From Mageeibacillus sp. UBA5439 (lineage in GTDB: Bacteria > Bacillota > Clostridia > Saccharofermentanales > DTU023), in assembly GCA_002427505.1 (NCBI GenBank), contig DIRJ01000037.1:7597-71596 (forward strand): a DNA stretch of 64,000 nucleotides, read 5' to 3'. Shown here one piece after another: positions 29,469 to 37,873 of the stretch. A program made the translations under genes and the position numbers. A model generated the notes under the pieces. The model searched no databases, had not been told where the DNA came from, and worked only from the letters and a program-made list of their open reading frames with translations. Each line of letters starts with the position of its first letter. Position 1 is the first letter of the stretch.

Positions 29469-30884
29469 ATGAAAAAGCAGCTTAAGTGCAGCAAAAAATA
29501 TAAGTACAGGCAGCGGGGCAGTCTAACTCTGGCCTGCTGTCTGATGCTGCCGGCGATAATTTTGCTGATGACTTCTTTATTGGTCGGCAGCATCTGGACA
29601 CGACAGGATCTGGACGCAGTACGGGCTGCCAGGCAAAGTGCCGCTTCTGCCCTGGCAGCTTTTGACCGTGGTCTGTATCGGGATTTCGGACTTTTTGCTC
29701 TGACCGATCAAGACGTGAAGCGGACCTCATCAGATTTCCTCTTGCCGGATACTTATTGCCAGAAGATCACAGTAGAGGATAGCCTCTATGAAAAAGAACA
29801 GCTCATGGGGGCAATTGCACGACACATGAGTGTGCGTGCAACTGCGGGTCTGATCGATGAAGCGATCGGCCGTATCCGGGAGATCAGAAATATTGCGCCC
29901 GATAATATGGCGGATTCTGTAAGATCTTTAGACGGCAGCGATCCGGATACTGCTAATCCCGATCTTGAAGAGGATGAAACGAATGAAGAGTGGTTTTCGG
30001 AATATTCCCAGTATATAGATCAGGAATATCGTGATGATTACCATGATTCTCTCCTGGGCCTATCTCCGGTGTATGTCCCTGATGCAGACGGAGGCGGTAG
30101 CGTAGAAGATTTTGATCCTTATCAGGTATCAAGTCTGGAAAAACTGGCGCAAGGCCTGGACACAATGATGTTTACTCTGCCGGAAGGATTTACGGATCAA
30201 CTTCTGTTAACTGAATATAGCCTGTCCTACTTTGGCTCACAGGTAAACTCACTCAAACAAAATGGAGCGATAAAACAGTACCGTACTCCGGATGGACGAT
30301 TGCACCGCCTGTTTGCGGAATCCAGACAATACGAGCAGGAAATGATTGCGACCGGCGCTGTGGGTGTACAAGCTGCCCGAAATGTCAAATACTTCCTGGT
30401 TGGCTTCCGCATATTGATTAATCTGCTTTCTACTATTCTATCAGCTGATGAACGTGCGAGTTTCGATGCAAAAGCGGCAGTTATCTCCGCCACTGTGTCT
30501 GTAATTTCTGCCGGCTTTATAACAATTCCGCCGGAAGCGATTTCAGTTGTGTTAATAATCTCCGATTCAATAGCAAGGGGAATCAAGGACAAGAACAAAT
30601 TACTGGATGGAGAGGAAGTCAAATTCTGGCCTTCAGCAGGGGCAAATGCTTTCAAGGTCAATTATCGTGATCATGTGCGTCTTTTGATTCTGACTCAGCC
30701 CAGAGAACAGCTGCTGGAACGAATTTCAGCTGCGATTAAGAATAACTACGGGGATGAATATTTTACAGCTGTGTCCTGTGAAGTAACACGCCCTGCTTAT
30801 GTTGTTGGTAAGTTTTCACGTCATGATTTTGCTATCACGATTGAGCGCAGATACTTTTCACGCGAAGAAGAAGAGACCGGATAA
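29469..30884 (+). CDS. Large TadE/TadG-like anchored protein with an acidic region (472 aa)
   Basis: The N-terminus KYKYRQRGSLTLACCLMLPAIILLMTSLLVG is the type seen in long proteins of clostridial Tad loci (recalled as DUF5702-like). ATG at 29469 chosen; the track ORF opens at 29427. Confidence 0.6.
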   Translation: MKKQLKCSKKYKYRQRGSLTLACCLMLPAIILLMTSLLVGSIWTRQDLDAVRAARQSAASALAAFDRGLYRDFGLFALTDQDVKRTSSDFLLPDTYCQKITVEDSLYEKEQLMGAIARHMSVRATAGLIDEAIGRIREIRNIAPDNMADSVRSLDGSDPDTANPDLEEDETNEEWFSEYSQYIDQEYRDDYHDSLLGLSPVYVPDADGGGSVEDFDPYQVSSLEKLAQGLDTMMFTLPEGFTDQLLLTEYSLSYFGSQVNSLKQNGAIKQYRTPDGRLHRLFAESRQYEQEMIATGAVGVQAARNVKYFLVGFRILINLLSTILSADERASFDAKAAVISATVSVISAGFITIPPEAISVVLIISDSIARGIKDKNKLLDGEEVKFWPSAGANAFKVNYRDHVRLLILTQPREQLLERISAAIKNNYGDEYFTAVSCEVTRPAYVVGKFSRHDFAITIERRYFSREEEETG

Positions 30885-30905
30885 ATACGGATGTATGAGG
30901 TGAAA

Positions 30906-31898
30906 ATGAGCATAGAACGAGGAAGCAAAAAAAGGAAAAACAGGATCAAAGCATCAATGGCTTTGGAGATGTCAGTCATTCTGCCGATTATTCTATTTAT
31001 TATTTTTGTATTTTACGGACATGTGCAGGAAATCGAACAATCGATATCAGCCCGCCATGCCTTGGACCAGCTGGCCAGTGAAATAGAACTTCTTTATCCG
31101 CTGTCTGATCTGATCTCAAGTGGTGAAGAGATCAGCGATACACAATTGCTTCGGATTATCGATGATCTGGGGATAAAAAATTATATTATGGATTTTGCAG
31201 TTGATATAGTAGCCAGCTTGCTGGCAGGACCGGCTCTGAACTATCGCTATACTCACTGGCTGGAAGAGATTTGTGCTGCCCGTCATCAGGATGTCCCCCA
31301 GGGTGAGCGCCGGTTTTTTGTTGATTATGTTCCGGAAAGAAACTTGATTTATCTGGGGATGTCATTCAGCAGGACTTCCTTAATGGCTACAGGTGAAGAA
31401 CATGTGAGAAGCTCTGTGCCTCTCTGGTCCAGAGGAAAATACGATTTTAACAGCAGCTCTAATTCAGATGATCAAGAGGAAACAGATGATATCTGGGAAA
31501 TGTCTAATTTTCAACGCGGGCTGGAGTTTCAACAGCTGTACGGTGCGAATCTTCCCACTACTTATCCTACTATTGCACGCTGGAGTTCTGGTACTGCTAC
31601 ATCGATCAAAAGCATGGACCTTACAGCTCCTTCCTGGCAGACAAAAGGAGCAGCCGAAGGACGGGTTTACTCATTTATTGACAACTTGTCAGCTTTTGAA
31701 GGCGGCCCGGAACCGGGGCCGGCTGTCGGCGAAATAAGCAAAAAAGAGTTGATCCTGATTGTTCCTCGCAATCATGCAGACTGGCTGGATGACGGAGTAA
31801 TTAGTCAATGGAGCGGCTATGCCTCGGGATTCGGTGTAGAATTGAAAATAAGCCGTTATGGTGAAAGCAAGCGTTATCAGGGAACAGGGGATAACTGA
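30906..31898 (+). CDS. TadE-like anchored protein with a distinct C-terminal globular domain (331 aa)
   Basis: The SD gaggtg precedes the ATG at 30906. N-terminus RIKASMALEMSVILPIILFIIFVF. An acidic Ser/Asp linker is followed by a C-terminal domain of about 140 aa. Confidence 0.6.
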   Translation: MSIERGSKKRKNRIKASMALEMSVILPIILFIIFVFYGHVQEIEQSISARHALDQLASEIELLYPLSDLISSGEEISDTQLLRIIDDLGIKNYIMDFAVDIVASLLAGPALNYRYTHWLEEICAARHQDVPQGERRFFVDYVPERNLIYLGMSFSRTSLMATGEEHVRSSVPLWSRGKYDFNSSSNSDDQEETDDIWEMSNFQRGLEFQQLYGANLPTTYPTIARWSSGTATSIKSMDLTAPSWQTKGAAEGRVYSFIDNLSAFEGGPEPGPAVGEISKKELILIVPRNHADWLDDGVISQWSGYASGFGVELKISRYGESKRYQGTGDN

Positions 31899-31992
31899 GC
31901 TTTGATTTATGCTGACTATAAGATAAAATATTGTCTGCTGGATGCAAATTTGCTGCAATCATTGTTTGTATTTATACATATAAGGAGTATCG

Positions 31993-34863
31993 ATGTCTTT
32001 ATTTGAGAAATTGTTTGGCACTTATTCGGAGCGCGAACTTAAGAAGAATAAAAAAATAGTTGAAGAGGTTCTGAGACTTGAGCCCGAATATGGAGAGCTG
32101 AGTGAAAGCGAGCTGAAAGGGAAAACCGGTCAGTTCAAAGCCAGACTCGCTGCAGGCGAAACTCTGGACGGAATTTTGCCGGAGGCTTTTGCTACGGTGC
32201 GTGAGGCATCCAGCCGTGTTCTGGGTATGAAGCACTTCCCGGTACAGATTGAGGGTGGGATCATTCTGCATCAGGGCAGGATAGCTGAAATGAAAACCGG
32301 TGAGGGAAAAACTTTGGTAGCTACCTTGCCGGTGTATTTGAACGCCCTGAGCGGTAAAGGCGTGCACATAGTAACCGTTAACGACTATCTGGCCAAACGT
32401 GACAGTGAATGGATGGGAAAAATTTACCGCTATCTCGGGCTGAGTGTAGGCCTTGTTGTGCATGGCATTGATAAGGCAGAGCGCAAACGCTCCTATGATG
32501 CTGATGTTACCTACGGCACTAACAATGAGTTCGGCTTTGACTATCTGCGTGACAATATGGTAATGAGTCTGGATCGTTGTGTGCAGCGCGAGCTCAGCTT
32601 TGCCATAGTCGACGAAGTTGACAGCATTCTGATAGATGAGGCACGCACGCCGCTGATTATCTCCGGACATGGTTCAGAATCATCTGAGCTTTACAGCAGG
32701 GCCGACAATTTTGTGCGTGGCTTACGCAAAAAAGTTATTGTGCAGAAAGATACTCTGCGTACGGCTGAAGAAGTGGAAGCAATTGAAGCCGATGCTGATT
32801 ATATTGTTGATGAAAAAGCGAAATCTGCTGTTTTGACCAAACGTGGTATTGAAAAGGCTGAAAGATTTTTTGCCATAGAAAACCTGTCTGATCAGGAAAA
32901 CTATGAAATTAATCATCACTTGAATAATGCACTAAAAGCACACGGCAATATGCACCTTGATCAGGACTATGTCGTGAAAGACGGAGAGGTTATTATTGTT
33001 GATGATTTCACGGGACGTCTTATGTTTGGCCGCCGCTACAGCAACGGACTGCACCAGGCGATAGAGGCGAAAGAGAAGGTTGCAATAAATGCCGAAAACA
33101 AGACTCTGGCGACTATCACCTTTCAGAATTATTTCCGTATGTATCATAAACTTTCCGGAATGACGGGCACTGCTCTGACGGAAGAAGATGAGTTCCGCCA
33201 AATCTATAATCTTGACGTTATAACAATACCCACCAATATGCCGATGATCCGCGATGACAAAGCAGATGCTGTTTTCAAAACCGAGGACGGCAAGTATATG
33301 GCTTTGCTGGATAAAGTAGCCCAGGTGCACAGCACAGGGCAGCCTATCCTGATCGGCACAGTATCAGTTGAAAAATCTGAGCTGATCTCCAGAATTTTCA
33401 AGAAAGCCGGAATTCCCCACAATGTCCTGAATGCCAAAAACCATGAAAGGGAAGCAGAAATCGTGGCGCAAGCCGGCCGGCTGAATGCTGTTACTATCGC
33501 AACCAACATGGCCGGTCGCGGAACGGATATCATGCTGGGCGGCAACCCTGAATTCATGGCGCGTGAACAAATGCGCAAGCTGGGTTTTGATGAAGCAATG
33601 ATAGAGCAGGCCACTGCCTATAATATTACTGAAGATGAAGAAATTCTGGCTGCCAGAAAAAAGTATGCTGAGCTGGAAAACAAATATGCACAAGAAATTA
33701 AAGAGGAAAAACGCGCTGTGGTAGCAGCGGGTGGACTCTATATATTAGGAACAGAAAGGCATGAATCACGTCGTATAGATAATCAGCTGCGAGGACGCGC
33801 CGGACGCCAGGGTGACCCCGGGGTCAGCAGCTTTTACTTGTCACTGAATGATGATCTGATGCGTCTCTTCGGTGGAGACAGACTGGATCGAATTTTTGAT
33901 TCGCTGGGTGTAGAAGAAAATGTGGAAATCAGCCACCCTATGCTTTCCAACGTTATTGAATCAGCTCAGAGACGTGTTGAAGCCCGAAACTTCGGTATAA
34001 GGAAGAATGTACTTGAGTATGACGATGTCATGAACCAGCAACGCAACCTTATTTACAAACAGCGGCGTGAAGTGCTCGAAGGACGCGACTTGCACAACTA
34101 CTATCAGCGTATTATCTGCAGTGTGATGGAGCAGACCCTAAGCGACTTTATAGCGACTAAAGAAGCAACAGGAGACTGGGACTACGTTGGAATCAAAAAC
34201 CGCGTAAGCGACATCTTTGGTGACTTGCCCCTCCTGTACAAGCTGGAAGAAAAACTGCCACAGCTGGACAGCACTGATTTTGGAGAAATATTGGCTGATC
34301 AGGCACTGGATCGTTTGGAAGCCAGAGCGAATGAACTGGGTTCAGCTGACCTACTGCGCGAAGCGGAACGTGTGGTTCTTCTGCAAACAGTAGATAGCCA
34401 TTGGATGGATCATATCGATGCTATGGATGATCTGCGCGACAGTATCGGCATGCGCAGTTATGCCCAGCATGATCCGGTAGTCGAATACAAGCGTGAGGGC
34501 TTTGACATGTTTGAAGACATGACAGAGGGTATTCAGGAAGATTCAGTTCGCCTGATCATGCGTGCACGCCTCATCGCGACGCCGGCTGAGCGCAAGGAAC
34601 CGCAGATTACCAGAGAGGGCAGGGGATCAGCAGGCTTCTCAGCGCAGGCAGTCGCTGCCGGGACAGAACCGGCGCCAGCTGAATCACGAGGCATCAGACG
34701 CCAGCGGGGCAATAAGGAGCCTGTCGCCGGTGGCAGTTTGCAACAGAAACCTGTAACGCGTACAGTAAAACCGGGTCGCAATGATCCCTGCTGGTGTGGC
34801 AGCGGCAAAAAATATAAAAATTGCCATTTGCTGGAAGATGAGCAAAACGATATAGGAGGTTAG
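31993..34863 (+). CDS. secA: Preprotein translocase ATPase SecA
   Basis: 956 aa. Walker [13 protein letters not shown]-like [19 protein letters not shown], and a C-terminal zinc motif [13 protein letters not shown]. Confidence 0.95.
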   Translation: MSLFEKLFGTYSERELKKNKKIVEEVLRLEPEYGELSESELKGKTGQFKARLAAGETLDGILPEAFATVREASSRVLGMKHFPVQIEGGIILHQGRIAEMKTGEGKTLVATLPVYLNALSGKGVHIVTVNDYLAKRDSEWMGKIYRYLGLSVGLVVHGIDKAERKRSYDADVTYGTNNEFGFDYLRDNMVMSLDRCVQRELSFAIVDEVDSILIDEARTPLIISGHGSESSELYSRADNFVRGLRKKVIVQKDTLRTAEEVEAIEADADYIVDEKAKSAVLTKRGIEKAERFFAIENLSDQENYEINHHLNNALKAHGNMHLDQDYVVKDGEVIIVDDFTGRLMFGRRYSNGLHQAIEAKEKVAINAENKTLATITFQNYFRMYHKLSGMTGTALTEEDEFRQIYNLDVITIPTNMPMIRDDKADAVFKTEDGKYMALLDKVAQVHSTGQPILIGTVSVEKSELISRIFKKAGIPHNVLNAKNHEREAEIVAQAGRLNAVTIATNMAGRGTDIMLGGNPEFMAREQMRKLGFDEAMIEQATAYNITEDEEILAARKKYAELENKYAQEIKEEKRAVVAAGGLYILGTERHESRRIDNQLRGRAGRQGDPGVSSFYLSLNDDLMRLFGGDRLDRIFDSLGVEENVEISHPMLSNVIESAQRRVEARNFGIRKNVLEYDDVMNQQRNLIYKQRREVLEGRDLHNYYQRIICSVMEQTLSDFIATKEATGDWDYVGIKNRVSDIFGDLPLLYKLEEKLPQLDSTDFGEILADQALDRLEARANELGSADLLREAERVVLLQTVDSHWMDHIDAMDDLRDSIGMRSYAQHDPVVEYKREGFDMFEDMTEGIQEDSVRLIMRARLIATPAERKEPQITREGRGSAGFSAQAVAAGTEPAPAESRGIRRQRGNKEPVAGGSLQQKPVTRTVKPGRNDPCWCGSGKKYKNCHLLEDEQNDIGG

Positions 34864-34865
34864 GA

Positions 34866-36851
34866 ATGTTTAATGAACAAAAGATGCAGTCGAGAGCTAT
34901 TGATGCTGTAAGAGCTTTATCAGTAGCGGGTGTGGAAAAGGCGAAATCAGGTCATCCGGGTTTGCCTTTGGGAGCTGCGCCAATGGCGGTCGAGCTCTGG
35001 CTAAACCATATGAAACATAATCCTGCAAATCCGGACTGGTTCAATCGTGATCGTTTCATTTTATCCGCCGGGCATGGATCGATGCTCATTTATTCCCTGC
35101 TTCACCTTTTCGGCTACGGATTGGAAAAAGATGATCTGCAAGAGTTTCGACAGTGGGGCAGTAAGACACCCGGCCATCCCGAGTTTGGACATACGGCAGG
35201 CGTAGAAGCTACGACTGGTCCACTGGGACAAGGTTTTGCTATGGCAGTGGGTATGGCTATGACCGAAAATCACCTGGCGGCGCATTTTAACACTCCGGAC
35301 CATGAAATAATCAATCATCATACCTATGTCATCGCCGGCGATGGAGATCTTATGGAGGGCGTTTCCGCTGAGGTGGCTTCTCTGGCCGGCACATTAAAGC
35401 TAGGTAAATTGATCGTGCTGTACGACGATAACAATATAACAATAGAAGGCTCCACGGATTTAGCTTTTACTGAGGATGTCGGCAAACGCTTTGAGGCATA
35501 TGGCTGGCATGTTCTGGAAGTGACCGATGGTAATGATTGCAGCGCTGTCAGCCGGGCCCTGGATGAGGCAAAAGCACGTGATGACCGTCCTTCATTGATT
35601 AAAGTTAAAACAATCATAGGTTACGGATCTCCTAAAGCTGACAGCTCAGGAGTACACGGATCTCCTCTGGGTGCGGATGGAGCGAGGGAAACTTATGAGT
35701 TTCTCAATTGGGATGCTGACGATCCTTTTACTGTAGCTGAAGATTTAACTGAATGGTTCCGGCAGAAAAAAATGGCCCTGGGCCAGTCAGAGGAAGAATG
35801 GCTGGAAGTTTTCAAAGCCTGGCAGCTGGCTAACCCGGATCTGGCACAGGAATTAGCTATGCGGGTCGAGCGCAGCTATCCGGAGATTGATGCTGATCAG
35901 CTCTCTGACGCAGTAAGTAAGGATATAGCTACCCGTTCAGCTTCCGGATTGATTCTCAACGCTTTATATCAGGAAGGCATCCCCTTCTTTGGCGGCAGTG
36001 CCGACCTGGCGCCTTCTAATATGACTCAGATTAATAATCAGGGATCGTATAGCTCAGCCACGCCTGAGGGCGCAAATATTCATTTTGGTGTGCGTGAGTT
36101 TGCTATGGCAGCTATCTGCAACGGCATGGCTTTGCATGGCGGCGTACTGCCTTACAGCGCTACTTTCCTGGTTTTCTCTGACTATATGAAAGGCGCAATT
36201 CGCCTCAGCAGCCTCATGGAAGTTCCACAGATCTATATTTTCACACATGACAGTATCGGTTTGGGTGAAGATGGCCCAACCCATCAGCCGGTTGAACATC
36301 TTGCAATGCTGCGGGCCATCCCCGGTCTTAACGTTTTACGCCCGGCAGGCCGCCTGGAGACAGCTGCCGCCTGGAAATATGCTGTTGAAAGCAATAAGCC
36401 CAGTGCACTTATCCTGACCCGCCAAACGGTATCCTCTGCAGAAACAAATGCTAAGCGTGCACTCCGCGGTGCCTATGTCGTACGTGATGTCAAAGACTAT
36501 GAAGCGATTATCATGGCCTCAGGTTCAGAACTTGAATTGGCCCTGACAGCAGCTGATTTATTAGAAGCTGAAGGTCATCCGGTGAGAGTTGTGTCAATGA
36601 TGTCCTTTGAGCTTTTTGAAGAGCAGGATGCCGCTTATAAGGAGCGAGTGCTGCCTGCTGCAATGCGTAAGCGCCTTGCAGTTGAAGCTGCAGCTGATAT
36701 GTCCTGGTACAAATATGTTGGTCTGGACGGTGATATCGTCGGTCTGAATCACTTTGGTGCCTCAGCTCCGGCGAATATTCTTTTCGAAAAGTTTGGCTTC
36801 ACAGCAGAAAATGTGGCACAGCGCTGTCTGGACCTGATTGAAAAGGATTAA
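34866..36851 (+). CDS. tkt: Transketolase
   Basis: 661 aa. ThDP motif [17 protein letters not shown], and the [15 protein letters not shown] signature. Confidence 0.93.
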   Translation: MFNEQKMQSRAIDAVRALSVAGVEKAKSGHPGLPLGAAPMAVELWLNHMKHNPANPDWFNRDRFILSAGHGSMLIYSLLHLFGYGLEKDDLQEFRQWGSKTPGHPEFGHTAGVEATTGPLGQGFAMAVGMAMTENHLAAHFNTPDHEIINHHTYVIAGDGDLMEGVSAEVASLAGTLKLGKLIVLYDDNNITIEGSTDLAFTEDVGKRFEAYGWHVLEVTDGNDCSAVSRALDEAKARDDRPSLIKVKTIIGYGSPKADSSGVHGSPLGADGARETYEFLNWDADDPFTVAEDLTEWFRQKKMALGQSEEEWLEVFKAWQLANPDLAQELAMRVERSYPEIDADQLSDAVSKDIATRSASGLILNALYQEGIPFFGGSADLAPSNMTQINNQGSYSSATPEGANIHFGVREFAMAAICNGMALHGGVLPYSATFLVFSDYMKGAIRLSSLMEVPQIYIFTHDSIGLGEDGPTHQPVEHLAMLRAIPGLNVLRPAGRLETAAAWKYAVESNKPSALILTRQTVSSAETNAKRALRGAYVVRDVKDYEAIIMASGSELELALTAADLLEAEGHPVRVVSMMSFELFEEQDAAYKERVLPAAMRKRLAVEAAADMSWYKYVGLDGDIVGLNHFGASAPANILFEKFGFTAENVAQRCLDLIEKD

Positions 36852-36878
36852 GTCTAAAAGAATATCGGTAATGAAAAA

Positions 36879-36914
36879 ACAGCACTCCGTTAAATAGACG
36901 GGGTGCTGTTTTTT
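36879..36914. terminator. Bidirectional terminator between tkt and tRNA-Thr
   Basis: Stem acagcactccg / cggggtgctgt, flanked by an A-run upstream and a T-run downstream. Confidence 0.65.
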
Positions 36915-36988
36915 GGAGCCGAAGGTGGGAGTCGAACCCACGACCTATTCATTACGAGTGAATTGCTCTACCACTGAGCCACTTCGGC
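36914..36988 (-). tRNA. tRNA-Thr (anticodon CGT), CCA encoded
   Basis: The reverse complement folds as a cloverleaf: acceptor gccgaag/cttcggc, D arm gctc..gagc, anticodon stem attca/tgaat with loop ctCGTaa, T arm gtggg-ttcgact-cccac. Confidence 0.9.
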
Positions 36989-36998
36989 AAGCTATATT

Positions 36999-37027
36999 AT
37001 CTTAGCCGCGCTACTTTGCCTTGTCAA
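36999..37027 (-). promoter_or_regulatory. Promoter for tRNA-Thr (TTGACA, 17 nt spacer, TAAGAT on the minus strand)
   Basis: -35 at 37022-37027 and -10 at 36999-37004, about 10 nt upstream of the mature 5' end. Confidence 0.5.
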
Positions 37028-37069
37028 GACAAACGGAGCAGCTTGACTGGTGAACTTATATCAAGGCAA

Positions 37070-37102
37070 AGAATAACCCCGTCTATAGAGAACGGGGTTA
37101 TT
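37070..37102. terminator. Hairpin downstream of the ferritin gene (11-bp stem)
   Basis: gaataaccccg / cggggttattc. Only a weak T tract follows on the minus strand. Confidence 0.4.
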
Positions 37103-37151
37103 CTTACGAGATTGCTGCTGTCAATCCCGTGCTTTCGAGGAGACCTGTAAA

Positions 37152-37676
37152 TTAGAAAAGTAATAGCGGGACTTCTTCGCCTGACCAGCTGCGTGTGCCT
37201 TTTTCTCTGTCAAAGGAGAGCAGAGCACCGATATGGCCTTTACAGCGGCTAACGCCCGTGACGTTATCATTTGCGTTAACTTCCTCTTCAACCTGTTCAT
37301 TTATGTACCACTGGAGGAACAGGCGGGAGGCTTTGTCACCATCTTTCTCAGCTTGTTCAGCCATTTTGTCAATACTTGCACTGATAAATTCTTCATGTTT
37401 CAAGGCTGCCTTGAACAAATCCAATAAGGAGTCCCATTCTTTAGCTGCCAGTCCTAATTGCAGGAGTTCTACCGGCTCGCCTTTCATTTTGAGATAGCGG
37501 ACAAAACCTTCAGCATGAGCCAGTTCCTCTTTATATTGGACTTCCATCCAATGGGAAGCTCCTGCCCAGTCATTTTGTTCCAGCCACTCGCTCATGGCGA
37601 GATAGAGAAAAGCTGAATCATATTCAAGCTTGATCTGTTCGTTAAATAATTTGTTAAGTTCTTTTGTCATTTTCAT
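37152..37676 (-). CDS. ftnA: Non-heme ferritin
   Basis: 174 aa. Ferroxidase-centre pattern EYDSAFLYLAMS...EELAHAEGF...EQVEEE. SD aggag. Confidence 0.88.
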   Translation of the reverse strand: MKMTKELNKLFNEQIKLEYDSAFLYLAMSEWLEQNDWAGASHWMEVQYKEELAHAEGFVRYLKMKGEPVELLQLGLAAKEWDSLLDLFKAALKHEEFISASIDKMAEQAEKDGDKASRLFLQWYINEQVEEEVNANDNVTGVSRCKGHIGALLSFDREKGTRSWSGEEVPLLLF

Positions 37677-37873
37677 GCAACTAATCTCCTTCAGATAAGT
37701 AAATAGTATAATTACTAATAAATAATATACCTTAAGTTTTATTTACTTATAAGCTTTGTTACTTGAGTTACATGATAAGGCACTGACTTAGTGGCAAAAA
37801 CGACTTCAAAGGCTTAGAAACTTCCTACATGTGTTAGAGTTATTATGATAGTGCTGAGAGGTGGATCAGACGC

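Noticed and set aside
31999-32670. 223-aa minus-strand ORF inside secA
   Set aside because: It is antisense to the SecA motor domain. There is no RBS and no family resemblance.
37690-37735. Fur/PerR-type operator upstream of the ferritin gene (tagtataattactaataaataat)
   Set aside because: It matches the PerR/Fur 7-1-7 consensus at only about 10 of 14 positions in a very AT-rich stretch. That cannot be told apart from background.
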